Positions 7,682-16,915 are shown, counted from the first letter of the stretch. The stretch: 20,000 bases of DNA from Thermoprotei archaeon (GCA_011043415.1 DQXH01000050.1:1-20000); one strand, 5' to 3'. The notes: a model not told the origin generated them from the sequence alone. Numbers and translations are program-made.

Positions 7682-8848
7682 ATGTCTGAAGAATATAAGG
7701 TTACACCATGGGAAGTTACTGGAGAAGTTGATTATGAAAAACTGATTAGAGAGTTTGGAGTATCTCCATTGACAGATGATTTAGTATCAAGGTTCAGGAA
7801 AATATTTGGAGAGTTACCATCCGAGATATCAAGAAAATTATTCTATGCACATAGAGACTTTGATGTAATTCTAGATAAGGTGGAGAGTGGTAAGAAAATA
7901 TACTTGTACACAGGGAGAGGGCCTTCTGGACCTATGCATATAGGGCATCTATTTCCTTTTGTATTCACCAAGAAACTTCAAACAATGCTAAATACGGAAT
8001 TATTCATCCAAATCACTTCAGACGAGAAATTCCTTTACCATAGAAATATCGGGAGAGAAGAGATATTCGAATATACAATAGATAACATAAAAGATATCTT
8101 GGCACTAGGTTTTGATTATAAAAATACATATATCATTGATGATTTAAGAGCTATCCAGTATTTATATCAAATAGCCGTCTCTGTAGCAAAAAGGGTAACG
8201 TTTTCGACTGCTAAGGCAGTCTTCGGATTCACCCACGATACCAACATTGGAATGATATTCTTCATGTCTATTCAAGCAGCTCCTTCATTTATAGGTTACT
8301 TTATTAACGATAAATATGAGGGATGCCTAATTCCGGCAGCAATAGATCAGGATCCATATTGGAGAGTAACTAGAGATATAGCAACCAAGATAAAATTACC
8401 GAAACCTGCCCAAATTCACGGTAAACTTCTTCCCGGATTAAAGAAAGGAATAAAAATGTCTGCTTCCATACCCGAAACATCTATATATCTGTCAGATAGC
8501 CCAGAAGCAGTTAAAAAGAAGATTTGGGAGGCGTATACTGGAGGGCAGCCCACTATAGAACTTCAAAGAAAGTACGGAGGAGACCCTGATAAATGTGTCG
8601 TGTTCTCATACTTTAAATTCCTATTTGAGGATTCGGATGACAAGCTTAGAGAGAGATATGAAGCATGTAAATCTGGTGAATTGACTTGCGGCGAATGTAA
8701 GAGGGAGTTAATTGATAGAATTAATAAATTTTTAGAGGAGCATAGGAGGAGAAAGGAGAAGATTACCGATGAGTATATAGAGAAGTATTTAATAAACAAT
8801 AAGGTGGACTTAGAGAATCATATTAGACAATATAAGTTACTAAGATAG
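7682..8848 (+). CDS. trpS: Tryptophanyl-tRNA synthetase
   Basis: ORF 388 aa. Class I HIGH motif in YTGRGPSGPMHIGHLFPF; KMSAS in GLKKGIKMSASIPETSIYLSD; AAFPAIDQDPYWRVTRD-like PAAIDQDPYWRVTRDIA. Confidence 0.96.
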   Translation: MSEEYKVTPWEVTGEVDYEKLIREFGVSPLTDDLVSRFRKIFGELPSEISRKLFYAHRDFDVILDKVESGKKIYLYTGRGPSGPMHIGHLFPFVFTKKLQTMLNTELFIQITSDEKFLYHRNIGREEIFEYTIDNIKDILALGFDYKNTYIIDDLRAIQYLYQIAVSVAKRVTFSTAKAVFGFTHDTNIGMIFFMSIQAAPSFIGYFINDKYEGCLIPAAIDQDPYWRVTRDIATKIKLPKPAQIHGKLLPGLKKGIKMSASIPETSIYLSDSPEAVKKKIWEAYTGGQPTIELQRKYGGDPDKCVVFSYFKFLFEDSDDKLRERYEACKSGELTCGECKRELIDRINKFLEEHRRRKEKITDEYIEKYLINNKVDLENHIRQYKLLR

Positions 8849-9304
8849 ACGTCTACCCCATGAATCATATTTCTCTACTCTAACGTGTGTTGAACTAATT
8901 TTCTCTCCTTCCTTTGTTTCGACTAGGTTAATCACGTATATAGCTAATGGCTTTAATCCTTTCAAGACCCTTATCTCATTAATTTCCTTAGCCCTTGGAT
9001 ACGTCTCCGTACTTACCACAATTATATCTATATCTTCTAACTCTATCGCTGGTCCATACGGATCATCAATTTTGAAGATCTCAATATGTTTTCCAGAGGC
9101 CTTGCGAATACTTTTAAGTAGATTCACTAGATTCTCTTTCCGCTTCTCATACTTTATAATATCCCTTCTTTTTGTACTTCGAGCGAAAGAATCACTAGTT
9201 AATCCAATTAAAATCCTATCACCTAGATTGATAGCTTCAATTAACAATTTAACATGGCCTCCATGTAACTCCTCGAAAGTACCACCTAATATTACAGTAG
9301 CCAT
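8840..9304 (-). CDS. coaD: Archaeal phosphopantetheine adenylyltransferase
   Basis: ORF 154 aa. Nucleotidyltransferase signature ILGGTFEELHGGHVKLL, later SSTHVR (ISSTxIR-like). The 3' end overlaps the trpS 3' end convergently by 9 nt. Confidence 0.92.
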   Translation of the reverse strand: MATVILGGTFEELHGGHVKLLIEAINLGDRILIGLTSDSFARSTKRRDIIKYEKRKENLVNLLKSIRKASGKHIEIFKIDDPYGPAIELEDIDIIVVSTETYPRAKEINEIRVLKGLKPLAIYVINLVETKEGEKISSTHVRVEKYDSWGRRLS

Positions 9305-9379
9305 CTCAAAATTACATATTAACTATTATTATAATAAATTAAATTTAGGGTTGTAGTTAATTCTTGATTTTGTAGAATC

Positions 9380-10291
9380 ATGATATCCGATACCGAATTA
9401 GAGAAATATCTAACAGCAGGGAAGATAGCTAAAAAAGCTTTAAAATACGCTCGAGATTTGATGGCAGGGAAAAAGAAAATAAATTTGTATACTTTGTGCG
9501 AAAAAATAGAAAGATTGATTATAGATCATGGGGCGATCCCTGCATTCCCATGTAATGTTTCATATAATGATATAGCAGCACATTATACTCCTATTGAAGC
9601 GGATACATCGATAGTCTTTAATGAAGGAGTTTTAAAGATCGATGTAGGCGTTATGGTTGATGGATATATCGCTGATACTGCTATCTCTATTGCGAGAGGA
9701 AAGGATTATGAATATCTCGCCAAGATGAATCTAAGGATTTTAAACGAAGTATTAGAATATTTTAAACCGGGTGTAAAGCTCGGTGAAATAGGGAGATATG
9801 TTGAGAGTGAGGCTAAAAAGATGGGATTGAAACCTATTGCCAACTTATCAGGTCATAAAGTAGATAGATATGATTTACATGCAGGTAAAAACGTGCCCAA
9901 CGTATACGAACCTTTTTCACCAACTATTAAGGAAGGAGAAGTCTATGCTGTAGAACCTTTTCTAACATTTGACAAATATAGTGGATACGTTAAACCAGGC
10001 AAGACGATAACAATATTCTCTCTTAAAAAAATAAAACGGATAAAGAAGAATAGAGAGCTAGATGAATTTAAAAATAAGATTTATAATACACGGCGTTACC
10101 TACCCTTTACACCTAGATGGTTTTATAAGGATTATGGAAAAGAAAAGACCTTAGAATTCATTAGAATACTTAAATCAGAGAGGTTTTTAAATGAATACCC
10201 CGTACTCATTGAAGAATCAGGAGGAGTAGTTTCACAATATGAACATACTATTATAGTCCTTGAAAAAGGGAGTATCGTTACGACTATTTAA
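9380..10291 (+). CDS. map: Methionine aminopeptidase, type II
   Basis: ORF 303 aa. Metal ligands in context: KIDVGVMVDGYIADTA (D, D), NLSGHKVDRYDLHAG (H), VYAVEPFLT (E), SQYEHTIIV (E). Confidence 0.95.
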   Translation: MISDTELEKYLTAGKIAKKALKYARDLMAGKKKINLYTLCEKIERLIIDHGAIPAFPCNVSYNDIAAHYTPIEADTSIVFNEGVLKIDVGVMVDGYIADTAISIARGKDYEYLAKMNLRILNEVLEYFKPGVKLGEIGRYVESEAKKMGLKPIANLSGHKVDRYDLHAGKNVPNVYEPFSPTIKEGEVYAVEPFLTFDKYSGYVKPGKTITIFSLKKIKRIKKNRELDEFKNKIYNTRRYLPFTPRWFYKDYGKEKTLEFIRILKSERFLNEYPVLIEESGGVVSQYEHTIIVLEKGSIVTTI

Positions 10292-10586
10292 CTCTCTTTT
10301 CCTCCATTGAGTATATTCTATATATTCTAAGTATCCCACCACAGCGTTCACACTTCTCTCCTGTGGTTTTTGATATGAAATCATCCTCTTTAAAGTTCCT
10401 GACGTACTTAAACCCGCATCTCACACATATCAACTCTGTTTTAATTATAGGCTTAGAAAGTTTCATGGCGGAACTTCTTTTCAAAATATCACTAAACAGC
10501 AAGAAGATTATAAACAGTATTAGTAATATTAGGATTACACTATTAAGGGATAGATCGCCTATGAAATATACAATATAATTTATCAT
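10284..10586 (-). CDS. Small membrane-anchored zinc-ribbon protein (hypothetical)
   Basis: ORF 100 aa. One TM segment (SVILILLILFIIFLLF) followed by CVRCGFKYVR...GEKCERCGGIL. Overlaps the DUF1512 stop by TAATG. Confidence 0.7.
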   Translation of the reverse strand: MINYIVYFIGDLSLNSVILILLILFIIFLLFSDILKRSSAMKLSKPIIKTELICVRCGFKYVRNFKEDDFISKTTGEKCERCGGILRIYRIYSMEEKRVK

Positions 10587-11737
10587 TATAACACACCTAT
10601 GCTATTGCCTACGCCTGCTATAATTATTTCATCATTCTCCTTTGATTCACTTAATATGATGTGATCAATCCTGGAGATTATATTTTTTATCGAATCTGCA
10701 ATATCCTTTTTTATTGTTGTTATGGCTTCTAAAAACGATTCTTTAATTACAAGGGCTATAATTGGAATATTATATTTAGTGACCTCTTCCTCGATTTTAA
10801 ACTTCTCGACGCCTATACCTCCTATCGCAGCTCCAACTCCCTCTGCAACACTTCCACTTTTCTCTCCTTCAAGTTTTAATGCGGCATCGATCATTATAAC
10901 TAATTTTATTTCACTTCCATCATTCTTGCGATTTTCAATTAATCTCTTTATAGCCTCACCTGGTTTACCAACATTTCCACCCGGACCCTGTGCTTTTACA
11001 ACATGAAGTATCCGATTATTTCTTTTGATTGTATATACATCTGTATCTTTTACATAATCTTTCTTTATATCTATTAAGTAGCTCGCCTTGTCATGAATTA
11101 AATTATATGCTACTAGAGGACCAATTGAATCACCTATAGGAGTCCCGAATTTAAAAGCAGTTACAGCATGTAAATATGCTTTTGCTTCATTAAATAATAG
11201 GGGAACTAACATCTGAAGCTGAGCCACCAGATAAAAATTACCCGTTTTTTTAGCTAAGAGGTAGTAATGTTCAAGAACCTTATATAACGTGTTCAAGGCC
11301 AGGGTTGCTTCAAGCATATTGCCTATGTTCCTTATTTTATATTCTAATGTCTTCTTTGTAATTAATTTTTTTATATCATTTAAGAATTTATTTTCCCTTA
11401 AATTTAGTATATGCTCAAGTTTTCTAACAATTCCAGCAGGATCCAGCGACTCTGGTTGGATCATGAAGCTATTAATTAATCTATCAACCTCCAGTTCCAA
11501 ATCCTTTCTCTCAGAGTATTTTTTAATTTCGTGTAAAGTGTCTTTTCTTGCCATGGTTCTCATGACATTGAGCTGCTTTATTAACCCACCAACCTCAATT
11601 AGTGCTATATGAAACTGTATTCTTTGGCCGAAGAATATTAAAATTAAGAAGAGAAGCAGATAAAGTGATTGGATTATTAAGTTGTATTCATCTCCCCCGA
11701 TCTGGAGTATTAAATTAATTACTAGCATGTAATTCAT
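10586..11737 (-). CDS. DUF1512-like archaeal membrane-anchored protein
   Basis: ORF 383 aa. N-terminal TM (LYLLLFLILIFFG) and a soluble domain with FKFGTPIGDSIGPLVAYNLI, KAQGPGGNVGKPGEAI and GVGAAIGGIGVEKFKIEE, as remembered for the DUF1512 family. Confidence 0.75.
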   Translation of the reverse strand: MNYMLVINLILQIGGDEYNLIIQSLYLLLFLILIFFGQRIQFHIALIEVGGLIKQLNVMRTMARKDTLHEIKKYSERKDLELEVDRLINSFMIQPESLDPAGIVRKLEHILNLRENKFLNDIKKLITKKTLEYKIRNIGNMLEATLALNTLYKVLEHYYLLAKKTGNFYLVAQLQMLVPLLFNEAKAYLHAVTAFKFGTPIGDSIGPLVAYNLIHDKASYLIDIKKDYVKDTDVYTIKRNNRILHVVKAQGPGGNVGKPGEAIKRLIENRKNDGSEIKLVIMIDAALKLEGEKSGSVAEGVGAAIGGIGVEKFKIEEEVTKYNIPIIALVIKESFLEAITTIKKDIADSIKNIISRIDHIILSESKENDEIIIAGVGNSIGVL

Positions 11738-11788
11738 TACCCTTTATTTATAGACTATCTAAATAATAAATAAAAATTATTTAAAAAT

Positions 11789-11920
11789 GAGGTGGAGTAG
11801 CAGCACTCCGCTTTCACGGGGGCTCCCGCACCCCGCTACTACGGAGCGACACGCGGCTTGACTTCCGGGTTCGGAATGAGACCGGGTATTTCCCGCGTGC
11901 TATGGCCGCTACTCCACCCC
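11789..11920 (-). rRNA. rrf: 5S rRNA (unlinked)
   Basis: Reverse complement GGGGTGGAGTAGCGGCCATAGCACGCGGGAAATACCCGGTCTCATTCCGAACCCGGAAGTCAAGCC...GCTACTCCACCTC. Conserved 5S core plus a 13-bp helix I. No 16S/23S in the window. End positions approximate. Confidence 0.96.
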
Positions 11921-11987
11921 AACTACATTTTATATAAGACTTCTATTTTAACTTTATTTTATTATTATCATCATTAAATAATATAAA

Positions 11988-12425
11988 ATGGAGAAAGATC
12001 TGGAAGCGTGTATAAGGCTTTTAGGTTTGGATAAGAAAAGAGAATATGTTAATGAGTTATCTAGAGGAGTCGTTACATATGAAACATTCTATCACCTTTA
12101 TAGAAAATTTGGCAAAAGTTTTTTACTTGCATTTAAGAATATAGATAAAAAGAACTCTAGTAGAATTGTTATTTATGATAAAGAGAAGGGATTAAGACTC
12201 TCCTTATCTACATACCTAGGTACACATGCAGAGTATATCGTTATTCCAGACGCTCCCTATTGTGGATGTATGTCTAGATATCCTACAGCAATTATTAGAA
12301 GGAAAATATGTCCTCATATCGTTGGATTCTGTCTTGATTACATTTTGAAAGAGATTACAGAAATATACTTCGAGGAAGAAAGTTTAGAGATATTGACAAG
12401 GATTTATAAGGCTATGCTTAAATAA
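11988..12425 (+). CDS. SWIM-type zinc-finger-like hypothetical protein
   Basis: ORF 145 aa. CxC...CxH arrangement in YCGCMSRYPTAIIRRKICPHIVGF. Confidence 0.7.
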   Translation: MEKDLEACIRLLGLDKKREYVNELSRGVVTYETFYHLYRKFGKSFLLAFKNIDKKNSSRIVIYDKEKGLRLSLSTYLGTHAEYIVIPDAPYCGCMSRYPTAIIRRKICPHIVGFCLDYILKEITEIYFEEESLEILTRIYKAMLK

Positions 12426-12464
12426 TTTAAATACTCCTTTTCTTAATATTGTTCTAGACTGGAA

Positions 12465-12578
12465 ATGAATTTAAACGTGCTATATGATTTAATAAAATTT
12501 ACTGTTGGTATGTTATTTTCATTAGTATTGCTTATAATATTCTACTACGAGTATTATAAACAAAGGAAAAAGACCTAG
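12465..12578 (+). CDS. Candidate 37-aa single-TM microprotein (not in ORF track)
   Basis: ATG at 12465 to TAG at 12576-12578: MNLNVLYDLIKFTVGMLFSLVLLIIFYYEYYKQRKKT. Hydrophobic core with a basic C-terminal tail. TATA-like tttaaatact at ~12427-12436. Confidence 0.5.
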   Translation: MNLNVLYDLIKFTVGMLFSLVLLIIFYYEYYKQRKKT

Positions 12579-14048
12579 CTACTCTAATTTATAAATTGTA
12601 GAATATGCTCTTAATCTTATGCTAGGCATATCACCGCCGAATAGTAGTGGTGTAATATCAACGTACCCAGCTTTAATATATATATGATCTCCTACTTTAA
12701 TCTCGTCTTTAGCATATTTAGTTAGATCTCCTCTCAATATTAATTTGAAAGGCGTACCATCTTGATCTTCAGCAATATAATATTTAATATCTGCAAATTC
12801 ACCTATTTCGAAAGGACCATCGACGAGTTTAGCGGCTATATTTATAATCTTATCTTCCAACGTTATTTTATTGATTGTGACTTCTTTAATCTTTAATCTT
12901 ACATCTAACACCTTATCCACCTTTTCTAGAATTGTGGTATCGTCGCAGAAGATATAGATAGCATCTCCCTTAACACTTGCTCGAAATAAACTTATTGCTA
13001 ATACATCGCCCTCAGCTATATCATGTAATTTTTTTATTGCATCATCGATTAATACTAATGTAGCTTCCTTCTCCTCATCAGCAATTAGAATACTTTGAGT
13101 ATACTTATTTCGATCCGGTAAATATCTTATAATTCCCTTAGAGATTACCATACCGTATATCCTTAACAGATTTAATCCAGGTTTTACTGATTTTAGATCA
13201 GAGTCTTTAAGGATTAAGGGAACTTCTATCGACTTATCCTCGATGATATAAGAGTTTCTATTAATATGAATCTCAACATCTCCAAACTTATTAACTTTAA
13301 CCCGCCCAAGGAATATTATAATGTTTTGCCCCGGTGAGACCCATTGATATTCATTAATTACCTTACGCCACAACACTACTCTTTTAAAAATATCACCATA
13401 TCCCATAAGGAAGGAAGCCATCTCAACAGACTCATCATTGACTTTAACTATCTTTCTTCTAAGACCACTTAATACTTTTCCATACACGTTTGTCAATGTA
13501 TACCTTGACAAATCCGCATTTAAAGGTGTTAAGAATTTTGTATATTCAGGAAGAACAACGTCACCTTTATATTGTTTAATTAAACTTCTTTTAGGCACAT
13601 GGATCTCTAATCCTCCTGATAAACTTGAACGTGTATATGCACCGTGGATCTCTATTATAGAACCTTCGAATACACCTTCATCTTTTAAATCTTCAATACT
13701 TCTACCCCAAAACAATATTGGTAATATGGCTGATTCATCCATAATTCCTCCTCGTGTTAATACAACGTCATTATACTTCTCAGTAGGCTTAAGCCATAAT
13801 ATTCTACCTATAATACTTATATTTGATAAGCCTTCAATCAGCTCGACAAATTTTACTCTCCGCTCAATAGGACTTTTAATAGAGACCCCTAATTCAATCA
13901 TGATTAGATATATAGCGGTTTTTCTGGAAATTTTATATTCATTGATTTTATCCTCAATCATCATAATAAGTTTATCCCTAGTTAGATCCGGCCTTTTACT
14001 CAGAATGATGTTAATTAATTCATCTTCACTTAACTCCATATAAAACAC
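12579..14048 (-). CDS. RPA-like single-stranded DNA-binding protein, multiple OB folds
   Basis: ORF 489 aa (likely true start ATG 14039, MELSEDELINIILSKRPDLTRDKLIMMIEDK). Repeated OB-like segments: SNISIIGRILWLKPTEKY..., LRRKIVKVNDESVEMASFLMGY..., LKSVKPGLNLLRIYGMVISKG..., INIAAKLVDGPFEIGEFADIKYYIAEDQDGTPFKLILRG. Confidence 0.75.
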   Translation of the reverse strand: MFYMELSEDELINIILSKRPDLTRDKLIMMIEDKINEYKISRKTAIYLIMIELGVSIKSPIERRVKFVELIEGLSNISIIGRILWLKPTEKYNDVVLTRGGIMDESAILPILFWGRSIEDLKDEGVFEGSIIEIHGAYTRSSLSGGLEIHVPKRSLIKQYKGDVVLPEYTKFLTPLNADLSRYTLTNVYGKVLSGLRRKIVKVNDESVEMASFLMGYGDIFKRVVLWRKVINEYQWVSPGQNIIIFLGRVKVNKFGDVEIHINRNSYIIEDKSIEVPLILKDSDLKSVKPGLNLLRIYGMVISKGIIRYLPDRNKYTQSILIADEEKEATLVLIDDAIKKLHDIAEGDVLAISLFRASVKGDAIYIFCDDTTILEKVDKVLDVRLKIKEVTINKITLEDKIINIAAKLVDGPFEIGEFADIKYYIAEDQDGTPFKLILRGDLTKYAKDEIKVGDHIYIKAGYVDITPLLFGGDMPSIRLRAYSTIYKLE

Positions 14049-14342
14049 CTATTTTTCTCCACTAATATCAGTAACGTGGATCCTGATCCTAGATATTTTC
14101 CTAGGCACACCTCTTACATTTTCTCCCTCAACCAAATCTATTTTAATCTCATTGAATACGATGTTATTCCTCCCATATAATTCTTTAAGAAAGTTCGCGA
14201 CACTTACGGCCTTACTAATATTGTTACCCATAGCTTCAATTACCAACTTCTTATATCCTCTGTCAAGAAGCTTGAGGCATACATTCAAGTAAAACGTCAT
14301 GTTCTTTTTACCTACATATACAGTTGGAACCTCGAACTCCAT
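14049..14342 (-). CDS. albA: Alba-family nucleic-acid-binding protein
   Basis: ORF 97 aa. VYVGKKNMTFYLNVCLKLLDRGYKKLVIEAMGNNISKAVSVANFLKELY and C-terminal RKISRIRIHV, the Alba fold pattern. Confidence 0.85.
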   Translation of the reverse strand: MEFEVPTVYVGKKNMTFYLNVCLKLLDRGYKKLVIEAMGNNISKAVSVANFLKELYGRNNIVFNEIKIDLVEGENVRGVPRKISRIRIHVTDISGEK

Positions 14343-14366
14343 CGATATGTCCCTCCACTAATTTAT

Positions 14367-16136
14367 TCAAATAATGATAAGCGCTAAATTTAATAGTATA
14401 ACCGATAATATTACTGATACAGTAGTAAAATATTTTAATATCTTCTTTGTGTATTTGAATGCCTTAACAGTCATTGCACTTAAGTGCTTTATTGCATTAT
14501 ATCCGATGATCTTCATCTCGATCTCATGAGTGTATATATATCCTTCTCCAGCATATAGATTAGATTCAATATCGTCAAATAAAATTGATATGGCAGAGAG
14601 CACTCTTCTCCGAATATTGGGGCTCTCACCTAGAGTTCTATAACCCCCTTCAATTACCTCATGTGCAGTAACTTCATGGGTATCTGTAGTAATAACTACA
14701 ACCTGATCTAAATATTTATCTAGGACCATATTCTCTATTTGTTTTTTTAGTTCAGAATGTAAATTGTTCGAATCAAGCACTATAATTCCATTTCTATTTA
14801 GGGGGGTTTCAAAGACAATTATACCTATTCCATTAGACCCTAAACCATCCTTTGGGGAGATATCAGGTAACTCTATTTTATTGATATAATATTTAAAGGG
14901 ATATAAATCCAAGTTTTTCGCCTTCTCCAATGCTTTTAACCCGCTCTGAAGTATTTTCTCAATGATCTCTTCACTCATTTTAAATTTCTTATCTACTAAT
15001 GAATTATGAGAATCAACCACTATAACATTTTTATAACCTAGTTTTCTACCAGCATTCTTCAACACGTCAGCGATATCATACGGTATATCTTCCATATAAA
15101 GATACTCTAGAAACAATATAATAGATTCATCCATCCTCATATACTTAATAGTAGCATCATCTTCACTATAGACATGAATATCACTTATTCTCTTAAAATG
15201 TGTCATATTTTTAATCTCAATTACTTTATTTGCTATATCATCCATTTCTTCATGCGAAGCAAGATCCCTATCATGCGTAGATGGACCGCGCATGACTACC
15301 GTCAAAAGACCATTATTCATATATAATAGCCTAGATATATATGCTGGGAAATTGCTACTTCCCAGATTTTTAAAGGGACCGAAGTGAAAATATGGTACCA
15401 TAATATATGATTTTCGATTCGATATACTAGGAAATAAAATCGAGTCTATTATGATCTCAGCATTACTAGATTTCTTATATAGAATTCTATCAAGATGTGA
15501 AGGGTCGTTCAGGAGCCATGAGTCGATAAATCCTCTTAAATATTCAAAGATGCTTTCCTTTTCATATTTATAGCCTATTCTCTTAATTGAATATAATGTT
15601 GTAAATCCTATAACAAGTCCTAGTGTTAAGCTGGCAATCGCCAATAGAAAATATTTGAGGAAATAAACTGTGGAGGAGACGACGATTAATGCTTTAATAA
15701 TAGATATTATGCCCCCATGATACTCGCCGTCGTATAATGTAGATCCCAGGACAATAATTTCATAAGGAACTATACCTAATATTATAATTGATTGTACTGG
15801 CAGTAATATATTAGTTATTAATCCTATTAGTGTAGAAATTATCATAAGAAGGATCATGGCTAGGTTTTCGAATGATGAGAATGCGAGTAATCTCCTTATA
15901 CAGTAGAACCTTCTATCTCGATCCGCTAAAACTGTATACAAGTAACCTTCAGTTAATATCAGATAAATAAGTGGAACGACCCCTAGAAAAATAGATAAAT
16001 AATCTATTGGATGTAGCATTAGAATTAAACAAATGTATAATAAATATGATAACACGAATAATATTATATTTCTTAAAAGAGACCCTACTGTAAATAACCT
16101 CTCATAAATCTCAATTAACTGAGTTATATCGCTCAT
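14367..16136 (-). CDS. DUF2070-like archaeal integral membrane protein
   Basis: ORF 589 aa. Multiple N-terminal TM segments, a large soluble domain with PYFHFGPFKNLGSSNFPAYISRLLY, RGPSTHDRDLASHEEMDDIA and TTDTHEVTAHEVIEGGYRTLGE, and C-terminal TMs. Confidence 0.8.
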   Translation of the reverse strand: MSDITQLIEIYERLFTVGSLLRNIILFVLSYLLYICLILMLHPIDYLSIFLGVVPLIYLILTEGYLYTVLADRDRRFYCIRRLLAFSSFENLAMILLMIISTLIGLITNILLPVQSIIILGIVPYEIIVLGSTLYDGEYHGGIISIIKALIVVSSTVYFLKYFLLAIASLTLGLVIGFTTLYSIKRIGYKYEKESIFEYLRGFIDSWLLNDPSHLDRILYKKSSNAEIIIDSILFPSISNRKSYIMVPYFHFGPFKNLGSSNFPAYISRLLYMNNGLLTVVMRGPSTHDRDLASHEEMDDIANKVIEIKNMTHFKRISDIHVYSEDDATIKYMRMDESIILFLEYLYMEDIPYDIADVLKNAGRKLGYKNVIVVDSHNSLVDKKFKMSEEIIEKILQSGLKALEKAKNLDLYPFKYYINKIELPDISPKDGLGSNGIGIIVFETPLNRNGIIVLDSNNLHSELKKQIENMVLDKYLDQVVVITTDTHEVTAHEVIEGGYRTLGESPNIRRRVLSAISILFDDIESNLYAGEGYIYTHEIEMKIIGYNAIKHLSAMTVKAFKYTKKILKYFTTVSVILSVILLNLALIII

Positions 16137-16144
16137 GAACTAAC

Positions 16145-16318
16145 TTATCCTACTGGAAAGAAGAATCTTATAATTAGTGATATAATTACAAAGACCGTCG
16201 CACCTATTGTTAAGTATAATGGATCCACTTTAATTCCAGAGATACTATCTTCAAAGAACCTAAGAAGACCTGCCGCACTCGCGGGAGGTGGGGCTTCTCT
16301 CCTTCTCCTTTGTGACAT
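16145..16318 (-). CDS. secG: Preprotein translocase Sec61-beta / SecG-type subunit (not in ORF track)
   Basis: Manual translation from ATG at 16318 to TAA at 16145-16147: MSQRRRREAPPPASAAGLLRFFEDSISGIKVDPLYLTIGATVFVIISLIIRFFFPVG (57 aa). Matches the archaeal Sec61-beta layout: basic/proline-rich N-terminus, AGLLRFFE, one C-terminal TM. Confidence 0.93.
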   Translation of the reverse strand: MSQRRRREAPPPASAAGLLRFFEDSISGIKVDPLYLTIGATVFVIISLIIRFFFPVG

Positions 16319-16411
16319 AGAGACACCTACTATAATTACTTTATTTTTAAGCTATAAATATTTAGTAACTAGTGTAATTGATTTTAATCCCAAATAAAAT
16401 TAATATAATTA

Positions 16412-16897
16412 ATGACAACTATAATCGAGAGCTTGGAGAACGATCATATTGCAATTAGATTATTTAATAGATGTTTCGGAACTGAGATGGATTTGGAGTC
16501 TTTTAAAAGTTTTCATGAATTTATAGTTGAGGTTCATGCAAAAATCGAGGATGAAATTTTAATACCTGCGATATTGGAGGCTTACAGGGATCAAGAGGAT
16601 GTAAAATATCTTGCTAAAAGAATTTCGGCAGATCATTTACTAATTGCGAAACTGGGAGAAAGTATTATTGAATATGGTGAAAAAGGTAATTTAACACTTT
16701 ATAAAAAGAGATTAGATAGATATATGAAAATATTAATTGACCATAATAGAAGTGAAGAAAATCTGCTATTTCCATTATGGAAAAACGTCCCGGACAGCGT
16801 TAGACTTGATTCTAATAAAAAGGCACTAGAAATAATAAATAAATATGGATACGGAAAATTTACTAGAATACTGAGAAACTTAGGTAAAAATATTTGA
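16412..16897 (+). CDS. Hemerythrin-like (HHE) domain protein
   Basis: ORF 161 aa. Spaced metal-ligand pattern: LENDHIAI, FHEFIVEVHAKIEDEILIP, ADHLLIAKL, DHNRSEENLLFPLW. Confidence 0.88.
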   Translation: MTTIIESLENDHIAIRLFNRCFGTEMDLESFKSFHEFIVEVHAKIEDEILIPAILEAYRDQEDVKYLAKRISADHLLIAKLGESIIEYGEKGNLTLYKKRLDRYMKILIDHNRSEENLLFPLWKNVPDSVRLDSNKKALEIINKYGYGKFTRILRNLGKNI

Positions 16898-16915
16898 TAA
16901 ATAACTTTATAATCT

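Noticed and set aside
11289-11612. 107-aa plus-strand ORF, and also 10722..11006, antisense to the DUF1512-like gene
   Set aside because: Shadow ORFs with no motif support.
13438-14043. 201-aa plus-strand ORF antisense to the RPA-like gene
   Set aside because: Shadow ORF; the minus-strand frame has coherent OB-fold-like sequence and the antisense peptide has no recognisable domain.
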